From a virus (taxonomy: Duplodnaviria; Caudoviricetes): a stretch of 28,640 bases of DNA. A program made the position numbers and the translations under genes. The DNA lies in the IMG/VR virus record IMGVR_UViG_3300005804_000003, positions 1-28,640 of that record; one strand, written 5' to 3'. A model generated the notes under the pieces. The model was not told where the DNA came from, searched no databases, and saw only the letters and a program-made list of their open reading frames with translations. Below are positions 1 to 9,900 of this stretch, one piece after another; position 1 is the stretch's first letter; every line of letters begins with the position of its first letter.

Positions 1-23
1 TTTTTCAACTAAAAGCTACTAAA

Positions 24-755
24 ATGTCAAAACTCCCAAAAGCTCCGCTCGTTGAAGTAATTTTTGAAATAAGGTGGAACTCACAAAAGGCAAATGACCT
101 AAACGATTTTCAAATGTTGCTGGGGTCAATGTATACTAAGCTAGAGAAAACTTACCCGAAAAGAATCAATCTTCGGCCTGACCCAAATATTCCTATCGGA
201 GCGTTTTTAGGAAACCCAACTCATAGGTTTCAATCTCAGGAAGGCTACCCACTGTTCCAGCTTGGTCCGGGTGTGTTATCCGTTAATACGGTTGATAAAA
301 CATACGAGTGGGACAGCTTCGTAGAAACCATTAAGCAAGTTGTTGAGGTGTTCTGCGATCTTTTTCACCCAAGTGAGCAAAAAGCCTCCTTTACATTGAA
401 GTATTTAGATTTTTTTAAGTTTGATTTTCCGAACAATTGCCTTCTTGACTTTGTTGGTAACAAGCTAAACGTAATGATCAGCTCAAGCCTTTTACAGGAG
501 AAACCGAAAAAATTTACGTTTGGCACAACTTATGAGATAGACAATAAAATATTTGCTTTAAACATTAACACCGGTATAAACAATGCGGACAACTTAAATG
601 TGAACGGCCTGATTGTTGAAAGCTCCATTGCGCAAAATGTAAATTTTAGTGAAATTAAAACAGAGCTGGGTAAGTACTTAAGAGAGTCTCACGATTATTT
701 AGGAGCATTTTTTAAGGAAATGACTAAAGGAGAATTATATGACAGCTTTTTATAA
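24..755 (+). CDS. TIGR04255-family protein
   Basis: N-terminal KLPKAPLVEVIFEIRW, central FQLGPGVLSVN...YEWDSF, LKYLDFF and C-terminal F..M.K.ELY pattern recalled for this family. Confidence 0.8.
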   Translation: MSKLPKAPLVEVIFEIRWNSQKANDLNDFQMLLGSMYTKLEKTYPKRINLRPDPNIPIGAFLGNPTHRFQSQEGYPLFQLGPGVLSVNTVDKTYEWDSFVETIKQVVEVFCDLFHPSEQKASFTLKYLDFFKFDFPNNCLLDFVGNKLNVMISSSLLQEKPKKFTFGTTYEIDNKIFALNINTGINNADNLNVNGLIVESSIAQNVNFSEIKTELGKYLRESHDYLGAFFKEMTKGELYDSFL

Positions 756-1146
756 TAAACCTATACTAATTGTTTCCACTGTTATTGCCTCGGGAACATC
801 ATCTATTTTCCCAAAATTACACGAAGGGCTAGAAATAGAGTTTCCGTCTATTATTTACGACTGCAATAACCACAATAGCTTAAACGTTGAAATCAATGGG
901 GCAAGTAACTGCACCACGTTTACAATAACTTCACCAATAGTAACTGAAGTTAAAAAAACTAAAATGAAAAGGAAAGTTTCTTTAAACATTGAAAAGTATT
1001 CTGAGGCCATTCGCAACGCGCCAGTATTGAGTGACGGTCCGTTTGCCAAAGAAAGCCGGCACAAGTTTACAGCCGAAGACTATATTTCAAACATGAGGGA
1101 GAACTCAGGCAAAGTGCTGCCGGCCTCGGAAAAATGGTACTTATGA
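739..1146 (+). CDS. Hypothetical protein, candidate antitoxin
   Basis: 135-aa ORF overlapping the upstream gene by 17 nt and coupled by ATGA to the downstream toxin-like gene. Confidence 0.6.
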   Translation: MTAFYNKPILIVSTVIASGTSSIFPKLHEGLEIEFPSIIYDCNNHNSLNVEINGASNCTTFTITSPIVTEVKKTKMKRKVSLNIEKYSEAIRNAPVLSDGPFAKESRHKFTAEDYISNMRENSGKVLPASEKWYL

Positions 1147-1499
1147 GTCGCTATCGCCAAGGAGAAATAGTAACAGTTCCATTTAGATTGTCTGATGGCG
1201 ACGTGATTGACCACCCCGCTCTTGTTGTATCTCATGACCTTGTGGACTTCGGGACAGATATATTCTATACGATTTTAATTTCAACGAAAAATCATCACCC
1301 TGAATACTCTATTGAAATAACAAATGAGATGCTCACATCGCCGATGGACGAGCAAAGTTATTTTGTAACTCATCAGCTTGATAAATTTGAGTCAGACTCG
1401 ACATACATTAGACCTTTTTATCCCAAAAGGTATTTGAAAGATGAGTATGTAGAGGATGTATTAAATAAAGTAATTTCAGTTATTTTCAATTTAGAGTAA
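1143..1499 (+). CDS. PemK/MazF-like toxin-fold protein
   Basis: YRQGEIVTVPF...HPALVVS...ILISTK matches the PemK G-x-I-V-x-V-x-F...RPALVVS...PITS pattern; start placed at ATG 1143 (ATGA overlap) rather than 1134. Confidence 0.7.
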   Translation: MSRYRQGEIVTVPFRLSDGDVIDHPALVVSHDLVDFGTDIFYTILISTKNHHPEYSIEITNEMLTSPMDEQSYFVTHQLDKFESDSTYIRPFYPKRYLKDEYVEDVLNKVISVIFNLE

Positions 1500-1519
1500 G
1501 TAGAATTTCACTTACCCGT

Positions 1520-1550
1520 AAGGCGGTTGATTATATCATCCGCCTTTTTT
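1520..1550 (+). terminator. Rho-independent terminator closing the three-gene cassette
   Basis: AGGCGG-t-TGAT-tat-ATCA-t-CCGCCT hairpin followed by a T run. Confidence 0.85.
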
Positions 1551-1559
1551 ATTTTTCAA

Positions 1560-1587
1560 TGTGAATAGTTGTGAATAAATGTGAACA
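1560..1587 (+). promoter_or_regulatory. Three phased TGTGAAYA direct repeats, candidate regulator site
   Basis: TGTGAATA 1560, TGTGAATA 1570, TGTGAACA 1580; exact 10-bp period. Confidence 0.55.
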
Positions 1588-1628
1588 AAAAAGGTTTGCA
1601 ATATAAACCCTTTTTCAGTAATTAATTC

Positions 1629-1636
1629 TAAATTTG
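1629..1636 (+). promoter_or_regulatory. Bacteroidota -7 promoter box for the head/tail operon
   Basis: TAAATTTG fits TAnnTTTG, 30 nt before ATG 1667; no canonically spaced -33 TTTG seen. Confidence 0.5.
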
Positions 1637-1666
1637 TTTATCTAAGTCTAATATATTGAAAATAAG

Positions 1667-2380
1667 ATGAAAAAACAAATTTTAGAAGCCTTGAAAACCA
1701 AATTCCCAGGGGTTCAGGACGCAATACTAAACAGGATAGTTGAGAAATTGGCGAAGACTGTTACAACAGAGGGGGAGGTTACAACCGCAGTTGAGGGGGT
1801 AACTTTCCAGCAGGTACTTGAAAATTATGGCGATAGCAGAGCTACGGAGGCGCAGCAAACAGCTGTGTCGACTTACGAAAAGAAGTATAACATCAAGGAC
1901 GGCAAACCGGTAGAGGAGGATCCAACTCAGCAGCAACAGCAGCAGCAGCAGCAGCAACAACAGCAGCAACAACCAGACGAAACTCCAAAGTGGGCTCAGG
2001 AGTTAGCTGCAACAAATAAGTTGCTGCTTGAAAGGCTTGAAAAGATTGAGGGGGAAAAGACAACTACCACCAGAAAAACTCAATTTGACGATGCAGTCAA
2101 GAGTTTACCTGAGAAGATACGGTCCAGGTATGAAAAGGATTTTACAAAAATGGCTTTTAAGGACGACGCCGAATTCGATACCTACATTCAGGAGCTAAAA
2201 ACCGATGTGGTTGAGATAAGCGGCGCGGTGGTTGAGAAAAGAGCTGCGTCCACCCCAATGGCCGCAACTGGCGTAAAGCCTGAGGAGGCTTCCTCTTTTG
2301 TAAAGCAACGCGCCGAAGCCCGTAAAACCGAAACCGTAAATCAGGCAATTCAGGGGCTGCCAAACCAACAAACTAATTAA
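1667..2380 (+). CDS. Capsid scaffolding protein
   Basis: Helical charged protein with low-complexity linker, directly upstream of decoration and capsid genes; MKKQILEALKTKFPGV start typical of Bacteroidota phage scaffolds. Confidence 0.75.
   Translation: MKKQILEALKTKFPGVQDAILNRIVEKLAKTVTTEGEVTTAVEGVTFQQVLENYGDSRATEAQQTAVSTYEKKYNIKDGKPVEEDPTQQQQQQQQQQQQQQQPDETPKWAQELAATNKLLLERLEKIEGEKTTTTRKTQFDDAVKSLPEKIRSRYEKDFTKMAFKDDAEFDTYIQELKTDVVEISGAVVEKRAASTPMAATGVKPEEASSFVKQRAEARKTETVNQAIQGLPNQQTN
1928..1972 (+). repeat. (CAG/CAA)15 tract encoding poly-Q
   Basis: 15 consecutive Gln codons including a pure (CAG)6 run. Confidence 0.95.
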
Positions 2381-2381
2381 G

Positions 2382-3131
2382 ATGAACAAATTTACATTTA
2401 GCGATGCAAGCGCACCAGAACCTATTGTATTTGAACAGGTATTTGGTGAGAAACCGGGTGGAGGTCTTGTGGGTAATCCTACTTTTGACGTTCCTACTGG
2501 TACGGCGGTAGGTAAAAACTCCAGCGGAGTACTTACCGCGATTAAGTGCTATAAGTTGGTCAAGGCCGTTGCGGCTGCCGATACAACTATGGAAATTGCA
2601 AAAGGCAGCGGAGTAGCTGTGGGTGATTTTATTGCTCACGGTACAATTGCCAAAGAGGTTACTGCTTTAAATACAACAGGGTCTACCAAAGACGTGATTA
2701 CTGTAACCATGGGCATAGACATAGCTAACGGTACTTTCCTGTACCAGTCAGCGACTGAAGGCGGGACTGACGTAGCTCCTGTAGCCTACGGTTACTACGA
2801 TGCTGATGCAGAAACGGAAGGCGCAAAAGTTATTGTTGCCGATGAAGACACACCGGAAGCTGGTGAGATAAAGCTAAGCTCGGTGGATCCTTACCACGGA
2901 ATTAAGAACCTTGCGGTTGGCGATTACGTGTTGCTGAAAACAGCAGTTGAGGGAGTGGACGCGGTACAGGCGTCACCAATCTATACCCCTCTGTTTTTAA
3001 CAGGGGCGAAGGTATACACCGGCAAGGGTGACCAAGCCGTTAAGCTCATTAACGGAGCTGTAGTAAGGAAGGAAACAGTCAACGCCTCAGACGAGGTGCT
3101 GGCTTTGATGAAAACCATTAACGCTGTATAA
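2382..3131 (+). CDS. Head decoration / capsid fibre-like protein
   Basis: Position between scaffold and major capsid gene; small-residue beta-rich sequence. Confidence 0.65.
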   Translation: MNKFTFSDASAPEPIVFEQVFGEKPGGGLVGNPTFDVPTGTAVGKNSSGVLTAIKCYKLVKAVAAADTTMEIAKGSGVAVGDFIAHGTIAKEVTALNTTGSTKDVITVTMGIDIANGTFLYQSATEGGTDVAPVAYGYYDADAETEGAKVIVADEDTPEAGEIKLSSVDPYHGIKNLAVGDYVLLKTAVEGVDAVQASPIYTPLFLTGAKVYTGKGDQAVKLINGAVVRKETVNASDEVLALMKTINAV

Positions 3132-3133
3132 CC

Positions 3134-4249
3134 ATGGCAGACATGAATAAACCCCTGTTTGACCTTACGCCTGCTGATTTGCACGTCGAGGTCAACTCAT
3201 ACAAGCCTGGGAACGGCTTGGTATGGCCAATATTATTCCCTTTAAAATTTACCCCAAAATTTGACCTAAAAGGCATTGAAGGGAACGAGGGAATACCTGT
3301 ATCTGCCGATAGAGTGTCATTTAACACTAAGGCGCCTTTGAAAACACGTAAAACTGTTGGATCATGGTCCGGCACCTTGGGTAAATACGCTATTTCGAGG
3401 GAGAAAGACGAGATCCAGATTAACGAGTATAACGAGCTTAAGATTATTTCCGCTGCGACTCCGGAAGATTTGGCAACAGCCAAATACTTGGTGGATATGG
3501 TTTACGATGACGTTAAGTTTGTTAACGACGGTATCGACTACAAAACCGAGATCGACGCAATGAGAATTGGATCCCTCGGTAAGCACACTTTCCCCGCAAG
3601 CGTTGAAGGCGATATGGCAACTGCTGATGAGATAAACTTTAACGTTCCGGCAACCAACTTTGTAGGCGTGACTGCTGCATGGAGTGATGCTACGAACGCT
3701 GACGGTATCAAGGATATTATTGACCAACAAAAAGTAATTCAGAAAAAAGGTCTCCGCAAGCCTATGTGGGCTATAATGGAAACCTCTGCTTTTGAATTGC
3801 TTCTTGCACAGACAAAAGTCCAAAAAAGAGTAGCCGCCACAATCATTAACGTAGCCGGACTTACATCCTCAGAGGTGCTTTCAATTGATAACGTCAACGC
3901 TTATATGCGTAAAAAAGGTTACCCTCAAATTCTCATAATTGACAGCTACGCTACAATTGAGAATAAAAAGGGTGAGCAAACTACCATTAAGCCTTGGAAT
4001 GAAAAGGTTGTTGTATTATCTCCTGAGCCTCGCCTCGGTTATACATATTACAAACCTGTTCCAATGGTCTCTGAAGTTGCTGCAATGCAGTCTCAGGGGG
4101 CTTACGCGAAAACAACAGTTTACTCAACAGTTAACCCTATGCTGGAGGTGACAATGGCCGAGGCGTATGTTCAGCCAGGGTTAACAAACAGGGCATCGCT
4201 TGTTTTCATGAATATTACTAATACAACCGGTTTTAATAACGGGGAATAA
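3134..4249 (+). CDS. Major capsid protein (lambda gpE-like, HK97 fold)
   Basis: 371 aa; LFPLKFTP, ADRVSFNTKAPLKTR, INFNVP...WSD...D.I.DI pattern of Phage_cap_E-like proteins; position. Confidence 0.9.
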   Translation: MADMNKPLFDLTPADLHVEVNSYKPGNGLVWPILFPLKFTPKFDLKGIEGNEGIPVSADRVSFNTKAPLKTRKTVGSWSGTLGKYAISREKDEIQINEYNELKIISAATPEDLATAKYLVDMVYDDVKFVNDGIDYKTEIDAMRIGSLGKHTFPASVEGDMATADEINFNVPATNFVGVTAAWSDATNADGIKDIIDQQKVIQKKGLRKPMWAIMETSAFELLLAQTKVQKRVAATIINVAGLTSSEVLSIDNVNAYMRKKGYPQILIIDSYATIENKKGEQTTIKPWNEKVVVLSPEPRLGYTYYKPVPMVSEVAAMQSQGAYAKTTVYSTVNPMLEVTMAEAYVQPGLTNRASLVFMNITNTTGFNNGE

Positions 4250-4252
4250 GTA

Positions 4253-4576
4253 ATGGCTACAATCTCTGAATCTTTGAGAGGTATAACTGCGTACCCCTTG
4301 CCTAATAAAACAATCCTCGGCGTAACAATGCGCCGGGGGTTGGTTGATTCATCTGAAGTAACAAGGGCAATAATGCTTTCGAAGGGCTATAGGCTCGCTG
4401 AAGCTGATTTACTTAAGTGGCTTTCTAAGGCTCCGGATGTATCTGAGGGAGGGGTTTCCTTTAGCTTTTCGCAGAAAGAAAGAGACTCTTTTACCAGAGA
4501 GGCCGATAGTATTTATTCAGAATACGGTGAACCAACTATTAACGATACCTATGGATATATTGGTGAGGACTTATGA
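4253..4576 (+). CDS. Head-tail adaptor (DUF6706-like)
   Basis: Follows capsid; APDVSEGGVSFS...A..IY.EYGE motif. Confidence 0.7.
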   Translation: MATISESLRGITAYPLPNKTILGVTMRRGLVDSSEVTRAIMLSKGYRLAEADLLKWLSKAPDVSEGGVSFSFSQKERDSFTREADSIYSEYGEPTINDTYGYIGEDL

Positions 4577-4887
4577 TAATTAACGGAAAACTATACTACC
4601 AAGTCATTTCAGGGGGTGGCACAGACGGAAATGATGACCCTATCCCCGCTACTGAAAGTTGGTCAGAGCCAATTGATTGTAATATCAAAGTAAATAACCG
4701 AAATAATAAAGGTAAGTACTTTGACAGCAGTTTTGTTATGGCCTCTTATGACGTGCTCATAGAGGCTGACGACTTTACCGCAGCAAGAATTAAGCTCGAG
4801 GACACAAACGGCCATGATCTTGGTGAGTATTCCATTCAGTCAATCTCCCCACTTACATCCGTAGGTAGAATAAAAATTACAGTATAA
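4573..4887 (+). CDS. Head closure/stopper protein
   Basis: Synteny; GG.D..DP......WSEPIDC motif. Confidence 0.65.
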   Translation: MIINGKLYYQVISGGGTDGNDDPIPATESWSEPIDCNIKVNNRNNKGKYFDSSFVMASYDVLIEADDFTAARIKLEDTNGHDLGEYSIQSISPLTSVGRIKITV

Positions 4888-5324
4888 TGCCCGCAAGACA
4901 AATAACTCCACACTCACAAATTGAGGGCTACCTAAATAACCGGCTCGAAAGAGGTAGAAAGGCTATTTTAGAATCCCTTGCGAATGTTGGTGAGGTCTGC
5001 GTTACGGAAGCCCGTACTGCCCATACTTATATGGATAGATCGGGCAACCTAACCTCTTCAATGGGATACGCGGTTTTAAATAATGGAAGGTCTTTTGGCA
5101 AGGGGCAATTTATAGGTAAAGAGGAGGGTATTAAGAACGCAAAAAAATTTTTAGGCGAGCTTGCCCGTAAGAACTCAAGCGGAATAGTACTGGTAGTCGT
5201 AGCAGGAATGAACTACGCGGTTTACGTTGAGGCAAAGAGCTTTAATGTTCTATCATCTTCAGAGCTTTTGGCCTCAAGAATGGTTCCAAACCTTATGAAA
5301 CAACTAGGCTTTATTCAAAAATGA
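4887..5324 (+). CDS. HK97 gp10-like neck protein
   Basis: DRSGNLTSS and AGMNYAVYVE motifs. Confidence 0.8.
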   Translation: MPARQITPHSQIEGYLNNRLERGRKAILESLANVGEVCVTEARTAHTYMDRSGNLTSSMGYAVLNNGRSFGKGQFIGKEEGIKNAKKFLGELARKNSSGIVLVVVAGMNYAVYVEAKSFNVLSSSELLASRMVPNLMKQLGFIQK

Positions 5325-5740
5325 CAAAGACTGAAAGAGACATAGAAGACGACTTTTATTTTATGGTCAAGGCGTCAGAGCTCCCGGGAATAGTTCAGGG
5401 TAAACTCTATAAAAAGGACGAAAGGCCGTTTAATTCTAGGGCTGAAGATATTATTGTTGGCTTCCTGAGCGGCCTAGACGGCCAGACCCAGGATGGTTAT
5501 ATCAATATAAATATCTATGTACCTAATGTCAATGTTGGATCTCCAGATGGTAAGAAAAAACCTAATAAATCTAGGATTAAGGTTATACAAACAAAGCTAC
5601 TTGAATTTACCGAAAGTATTGCGGAGGGTAATAGTGAGTATGACGTGGAGCGCGACTCTACCATACAAACTTTTGAAACGGAGGATTTGGAGCAAGTTAT
5701 GGTAAATGCAAAATTATATTACAAAAGAACAACCCTTTAA
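5321..5740 (+). CDS. Tail terminator/completion protein
   Basis: Synteny; RP....EDIIV...Q.G..NINIYVP pattern. Confidence 0.65.
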   Translation: MTKTERDIEDDFYFMVKASELPGIVQGKLYKKDERPFNSRAEDIIVGFLSGLDGQTQDGYININIYVPNVNVGSPDGKKKPNKSRIKVIQTKLLEFTESIAEGNSEYDVERDSTIQTFETEDLEQVMVNAKLYYKRTTL

Positions 5741-5752
5741 AAAAAGAATCAA

Positions 5753-6256
5753 ATGGGAAAAGTAATTATGTCGTGGAGCAAATGCTCCGTAGAAATAGGG
5801 CCTACCGGGGATAACGAGGCTATGGCAACAACCCTTACCTCAGTCGGTAAAGTCAAAGATAAATCCGCCGTTCTGGAGGCCACAGAGGGCGAGAAGCTTC
5901 GTTCAACAGGAGTTGGCGGAGAGCTGCTGGCGGCCGAGAACCTTGAGGGTGGTTTTGCCCTTACGATCCGTGTTGTTGAACCGGATGATACTCTTCTTAC
6001 TGCCTTGGGGCTCGGGGCAGCTGCCTCAGATGATTTTGATGTTACTACTCACGTAGTTTCGGCAGAACAGTCTTTGAAGCTGACCCCTAAAAATATAGGG
6101 GCTATTGGCATAAAAGCCATTCGCTGTAATGTTACCTATAAGCCGGGCTGGTCTGATTCAGAGGGGCAGTTTGCAGATATCACCTTTGAAATCATCAAGA
6201 CATCTGCAGGGAAGTGGTACACGAGGTTTATTAAGGCAGCTCCTGCACAAGGTTAA
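5753..6256 (+). CDS. Major tail tube protein
   Basis: 167-aa beta-rich protein between terminator and chaperone genes. Confidence 0.75.
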   Translation: MGKVIMSWSKCSVEIGPTGDNEAMATTLTSVGKVKDKSAVLEATEGEKLRSTGVGGELLAAENLEGGFALTIRVVEPDDTLLTALGLGAAASDDFDVTTHVVSAEQSLKLTPKNIGAIGIKAIRCNVTYKPGWSDSEGQFADITFEIIKTSAGKWYTRFIKAAPAQG

Positions 6257-6273
6257 TTGGCTGAGTCTATTTT

Positions 6274-6738
6274 ATGGCAAAAGTGGAGAAAAGTGTGGTA
6301 GATGTTGCGCTTAGCAGGCCAACTAAAGTGGTGGTACGCGGGGAGGAATACGAAGTCCCCCCGCTTACACTTGAAACGATTCTTTTGGCTTCAGAGGCTG
6401 TCGCCAGCTACGTACAAGCAATGGACTCAAAAAACTATGTTAGCGAGGTATTCAGGACTGCCCGAGAATACAAAAACATAGGAGATCTATTAGCCATTAT
6501 GATACTGGGTGCCGATAATCTGATAAAAGTTGTTGAGAAAAAAATCCTTTTTTGGAAATACGATATAAAGATAGACGAAAAGAAAATTCTATCTGATAAG
6601 ATAAAAAAGCTCACCCCCGAGGAGTATACTCTTATTCTCACAAAACTGTCAAAGAGAAAGGAGATACACGATTTTTTTCTGCTTACCACTTCCCTAACAG
6701 AGATAAACATTCTGGCACCAACCCGGGAAGTGGAGTAA
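6274..6738 (+). CDS. Tail assembly chaperone (gpG analogue)
   Basis: Between tail tube and tape measure genes; contains T TTT TTT at 6672-6678. Confidence 0.8.
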   Translation: MAKVEKSVVDVALSRPTKVVVRGEEYEVPPLTLETILLASEAVASYVQAMDSKNYVSEVFRTAREYKNIGDLLAIMILGADNLIKVVEKKILFWKYDIKIDEKKILSDKIKKLTPEEYTLILTKLSKRKEIHDFFLLTTSLTEINILAPTREVE

Positions 6739-6959
6739 ATGACAACATTTGGTCACTAATCGTTGGAAGCTCAACAGCACTGCATATTCCTCCTTCTGAG
6801 GTTTTAAAAACAAGCTATGTCAATTTACTAATGTTCAGCTCTGCCATGGCCTCCGGCGGCGACAAAGGAGATACCGGGCAGGAAAAATACAGCGAGGCAA
6901 CAGACGCCAATAACCCTAATAATTTTCGAGGTAAAGATATCGAGATAGAGTATGAGTAA
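6672..6959 (+). CDS. -1 frameshift extension of the chaperone (gpGT analogue), absent from the ORF track
   Basis: -1 frame is open from the slippery heptamer: FFSAYHFPNRDKHSGTNPGSGVNDNIWSLIVG...SYVNLLMFSSAM...DANNPNNFRGKDIEIEYE*, ending at TAA 6957-6959 over the TMP start. Confidence 0.8.
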   Translation, partial: FFSAYHFPNRDKHSGTNPGSGVNDNIWSLIVGSSTALHIPPSEVLKTSYVNLLMFSSAMASGGDKGDTGQEKYSEATDANNPNNFRGKDIEIEYE

Positions 6960-9900
6960 AAACGACGCAGGTAGGATTTGGTACGGGCTCGGGTTGGACA
7001 ACTCCAGTCTGGAGTCTGATGCAAGAAAAGCATCAAATATCTTTCGTGGCATAAGCGAGACGGTCATTACAGAAGGTAAAAAAATAGATAATATATTTCG
7101 TAATATTTCGGTAGGTGTTGGCGGTCTGTTTATAGCAAATAAGGCAAAGGAGTTTATTGTTGATCTTGCAAAGGTAAGAGGAGAATTCCAGGAGATTGAG
7201 GTTTCGCTTGAAACAATATTAAATAGTAAGCCTAAAGCGGATAAACTCATGTCTCAAGTTGTGGAATACGCCGCAACAACCCGATTTAACCTTACTGATG
7301 TTGCCCAAGGCGCAAAGCAACTACTTGCGTATGGATTCGAAGCTGAAAAAATAATTGAAAATTTCAGAATGCTTGGAGATGTCGCCGCCGGGCTTTCTAT
7401 CCCAATAGGAGACTTGGTTTACCTATATGGTACTCTTAATACTCAAGGCCGCGCATACACGAGAGATATCCTTCAATTTACCACCAGAGGTATCCCAATA
7501 ATAGAGGGGCTTGCTAAACAACTTGGAGTTGCTGAAGACAGAATACAAGGCATGGTCGAGTCCGGGCAGATAGGATTCCCGGTTGTAGAGAAAGCGTTCA
7601 AGGCAATGACAAGCGAAGGAGGTAAGTTTTATGACCTCACAGATAAGTTAAGCAACCTGATACCGGTTCAGGCTTCGAACTTTGCAGACGCTTGGGATAA
7701 GGCCCTTAATAAAATGGGTAAAAGCACTGAAGGTTTGATCTCCGGAAGCATTAAGATGGCTACTGACTTGGTAAATAATTACGAAGAAATAGGAGAGGTC
7801 ATACTGGAGCTTGTGGCCGTATACGGTACCTATAAAGCTGCCTTGATAACCATTAATTCAATTCAGAAGCTCAATATGATGGTATTAAGGCAGGCCACGC
7901 TTGAGAAAAAATTAGCCGCCATGGCTACGATCGAATTATCAAACGCTGAGGCAATAGCCGCATCAAGGTCAAAACTGGCAACAATCGCTTTCGTAAATAC
8001 GGGTAAGGCGTTAAAGTCCTTATCGGCGTCTGTTTTAAAAAATCCATATGCAATTCTAACAGCCGCCGTGGTGGGACTGGCCTACGGATGGTATAAATTA
8101 ATCACTGCGGAGACAGAGGCGGAAAAAGCTCAAATCAGGCTAGAGAAAGCAACCAAAGACGTAGATGTATCACTTACAAAGGAACTCTCAAAACTTGCGC
8201 TATTAGAACGTCAATTGGTTCAGGCAAAGAAAGGATCTGATGAGTGGAATTCGGCCAAAGAAGCTATTGTAACCGGGTATGGTAAGTATTTCAGCGGCCT
8301 TGATAGTGAAATAACCAGAGTTGGTAACCTTTCCGGAGCTTATAGCAAGCTGGTTGAGGCAATGAGGCAGTCGATTGGGCAAAGAAGCTTTATGTCGTTT
8401 TATACAGCAGAGCAGGAGAACTTTGATAATACCTTAGGCGAAGCCCTTGATAAAGCTTATAGTACGCTTTTGAAAAAATATGGCAAGGATAAAGGGTTAT
8501 CTCTATACCAGCAGTTTTATAATTCGGCGGTAAGAGGTGAGAAGTTGGATCAGGGAACATGGAGAGAGCTTAACGCAGCTGCCTTTACTGATTGGGGCTT
8601 TTCTAATAGCCCGGTAGGTATTTCTGTAACGAGCGTGGCCAACCTTATATCTGGGATTTCAAATGCCAGAAAGGCTATGGATGGAGCCTTAAAGGACTAC
8701 CAACAAAAGTACAACCTAACGGATAGACAGATCACTGATGCGATTGGCGGTACTGAAAATGGTAAAGAGCCCCCCGCAAGTATTAAGGTAAGTGAGCTGG
8801 TTGATAAAATTAAAAGTGCAACTGCTGCTCTTGATGATCTTCGTAAAAAATCCCGGGAAGGTTTAATAAGTACATCTGAGGTACAAAAGCAGGAGGATGC
8901 GTTGGATGATCTGAAAAAGCAGTTCAAGCTGATGACCGGAAAAGAGTATGATAACAAAAAACTCAATGCCCAGTTAGACGCTATTGACTCTCTTAATGAG
9001 AAAATTGAAGCTGGAAACCTTGCTTTGGTTCAATCCTCAATAGATATGATGAAAGATGGTAAAGCCAAGGAATTAGCCATAATTGACCAAAGAAAAAAGG
9101 AGGAGCTTGCCAAAATAACAAAAGACCAAAATGATCTTGAATCACTTTATAGAAAAACTAATAAGAAAATAACCCAGGAGCAGCTTGACGAATTTGAGAA
9201 GCGTAGTAAAAATGTAAAAAAAGTAGCTGAAAACGATAAAAGAGAAGTTGAGAAAAAATATACCCGCGAGATTGCTGACGTTTATCGCCAGTTGACTACG
9301 GTTTTTATGACTGAGGAGGAGAAAAAACGATCTGAAACTGAAAAAACTTACAGGGACATGCTCGAATGGGCAAAAAAAATGTACCAAGGAGGAGGTATTA
9401 ATAAGTTTGAATTCATGAAAATAAGCGGTGAGATTGAAAGAGCCAAAAATAAAGCATTACTGGCTGACTCGCTTAAAGAATTTGGAACATATCAAACAAA
9501 AAAAGAGCTTATCGAGAAAGAGTATAACGATAAAATCTATTCTCTCCGCAAAAATGGCTATGAGGCAGAAGCAAAGAATGCGGAATCAGCAAGAGAACTT
9601 GCATTATTTGAGCTTAGAATATCACAGGAAGAATTTTACAAGGTGCTTTTCGGGGACCTTCAAAAATATAGTGTTAATGAAATAAATCTTGCGATTTCAA
9701 ACGCAAGAGATTTAGTAGATAGCTACATAAAAAGCGCCGAGGCATCTGGCAGAAAACTTACACCAGATGAAATTAAAGCGGTTGAGTCACTCCTTGAGTC
9801 AATTAAAAAGGTATCAAAGGAGCCAACGGAAAGGCTTCGAAGCCTTGTTTCAGTGCTTAACGAATTAGGAAGATCCGGGCAAATGCTTGGTGGCCTAGTT

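Noticed and set aside
1727-1972. Minus-strand poly-Leu ORF resembling a signal peptide
   Set aside because: Reverse complement of the CAG tract.
6815-7250. Two minus-strand ORFs over the chaperone-TMP gap
   Set aside because: The gap is explained by the -1 frameshift frame and the TMP start.
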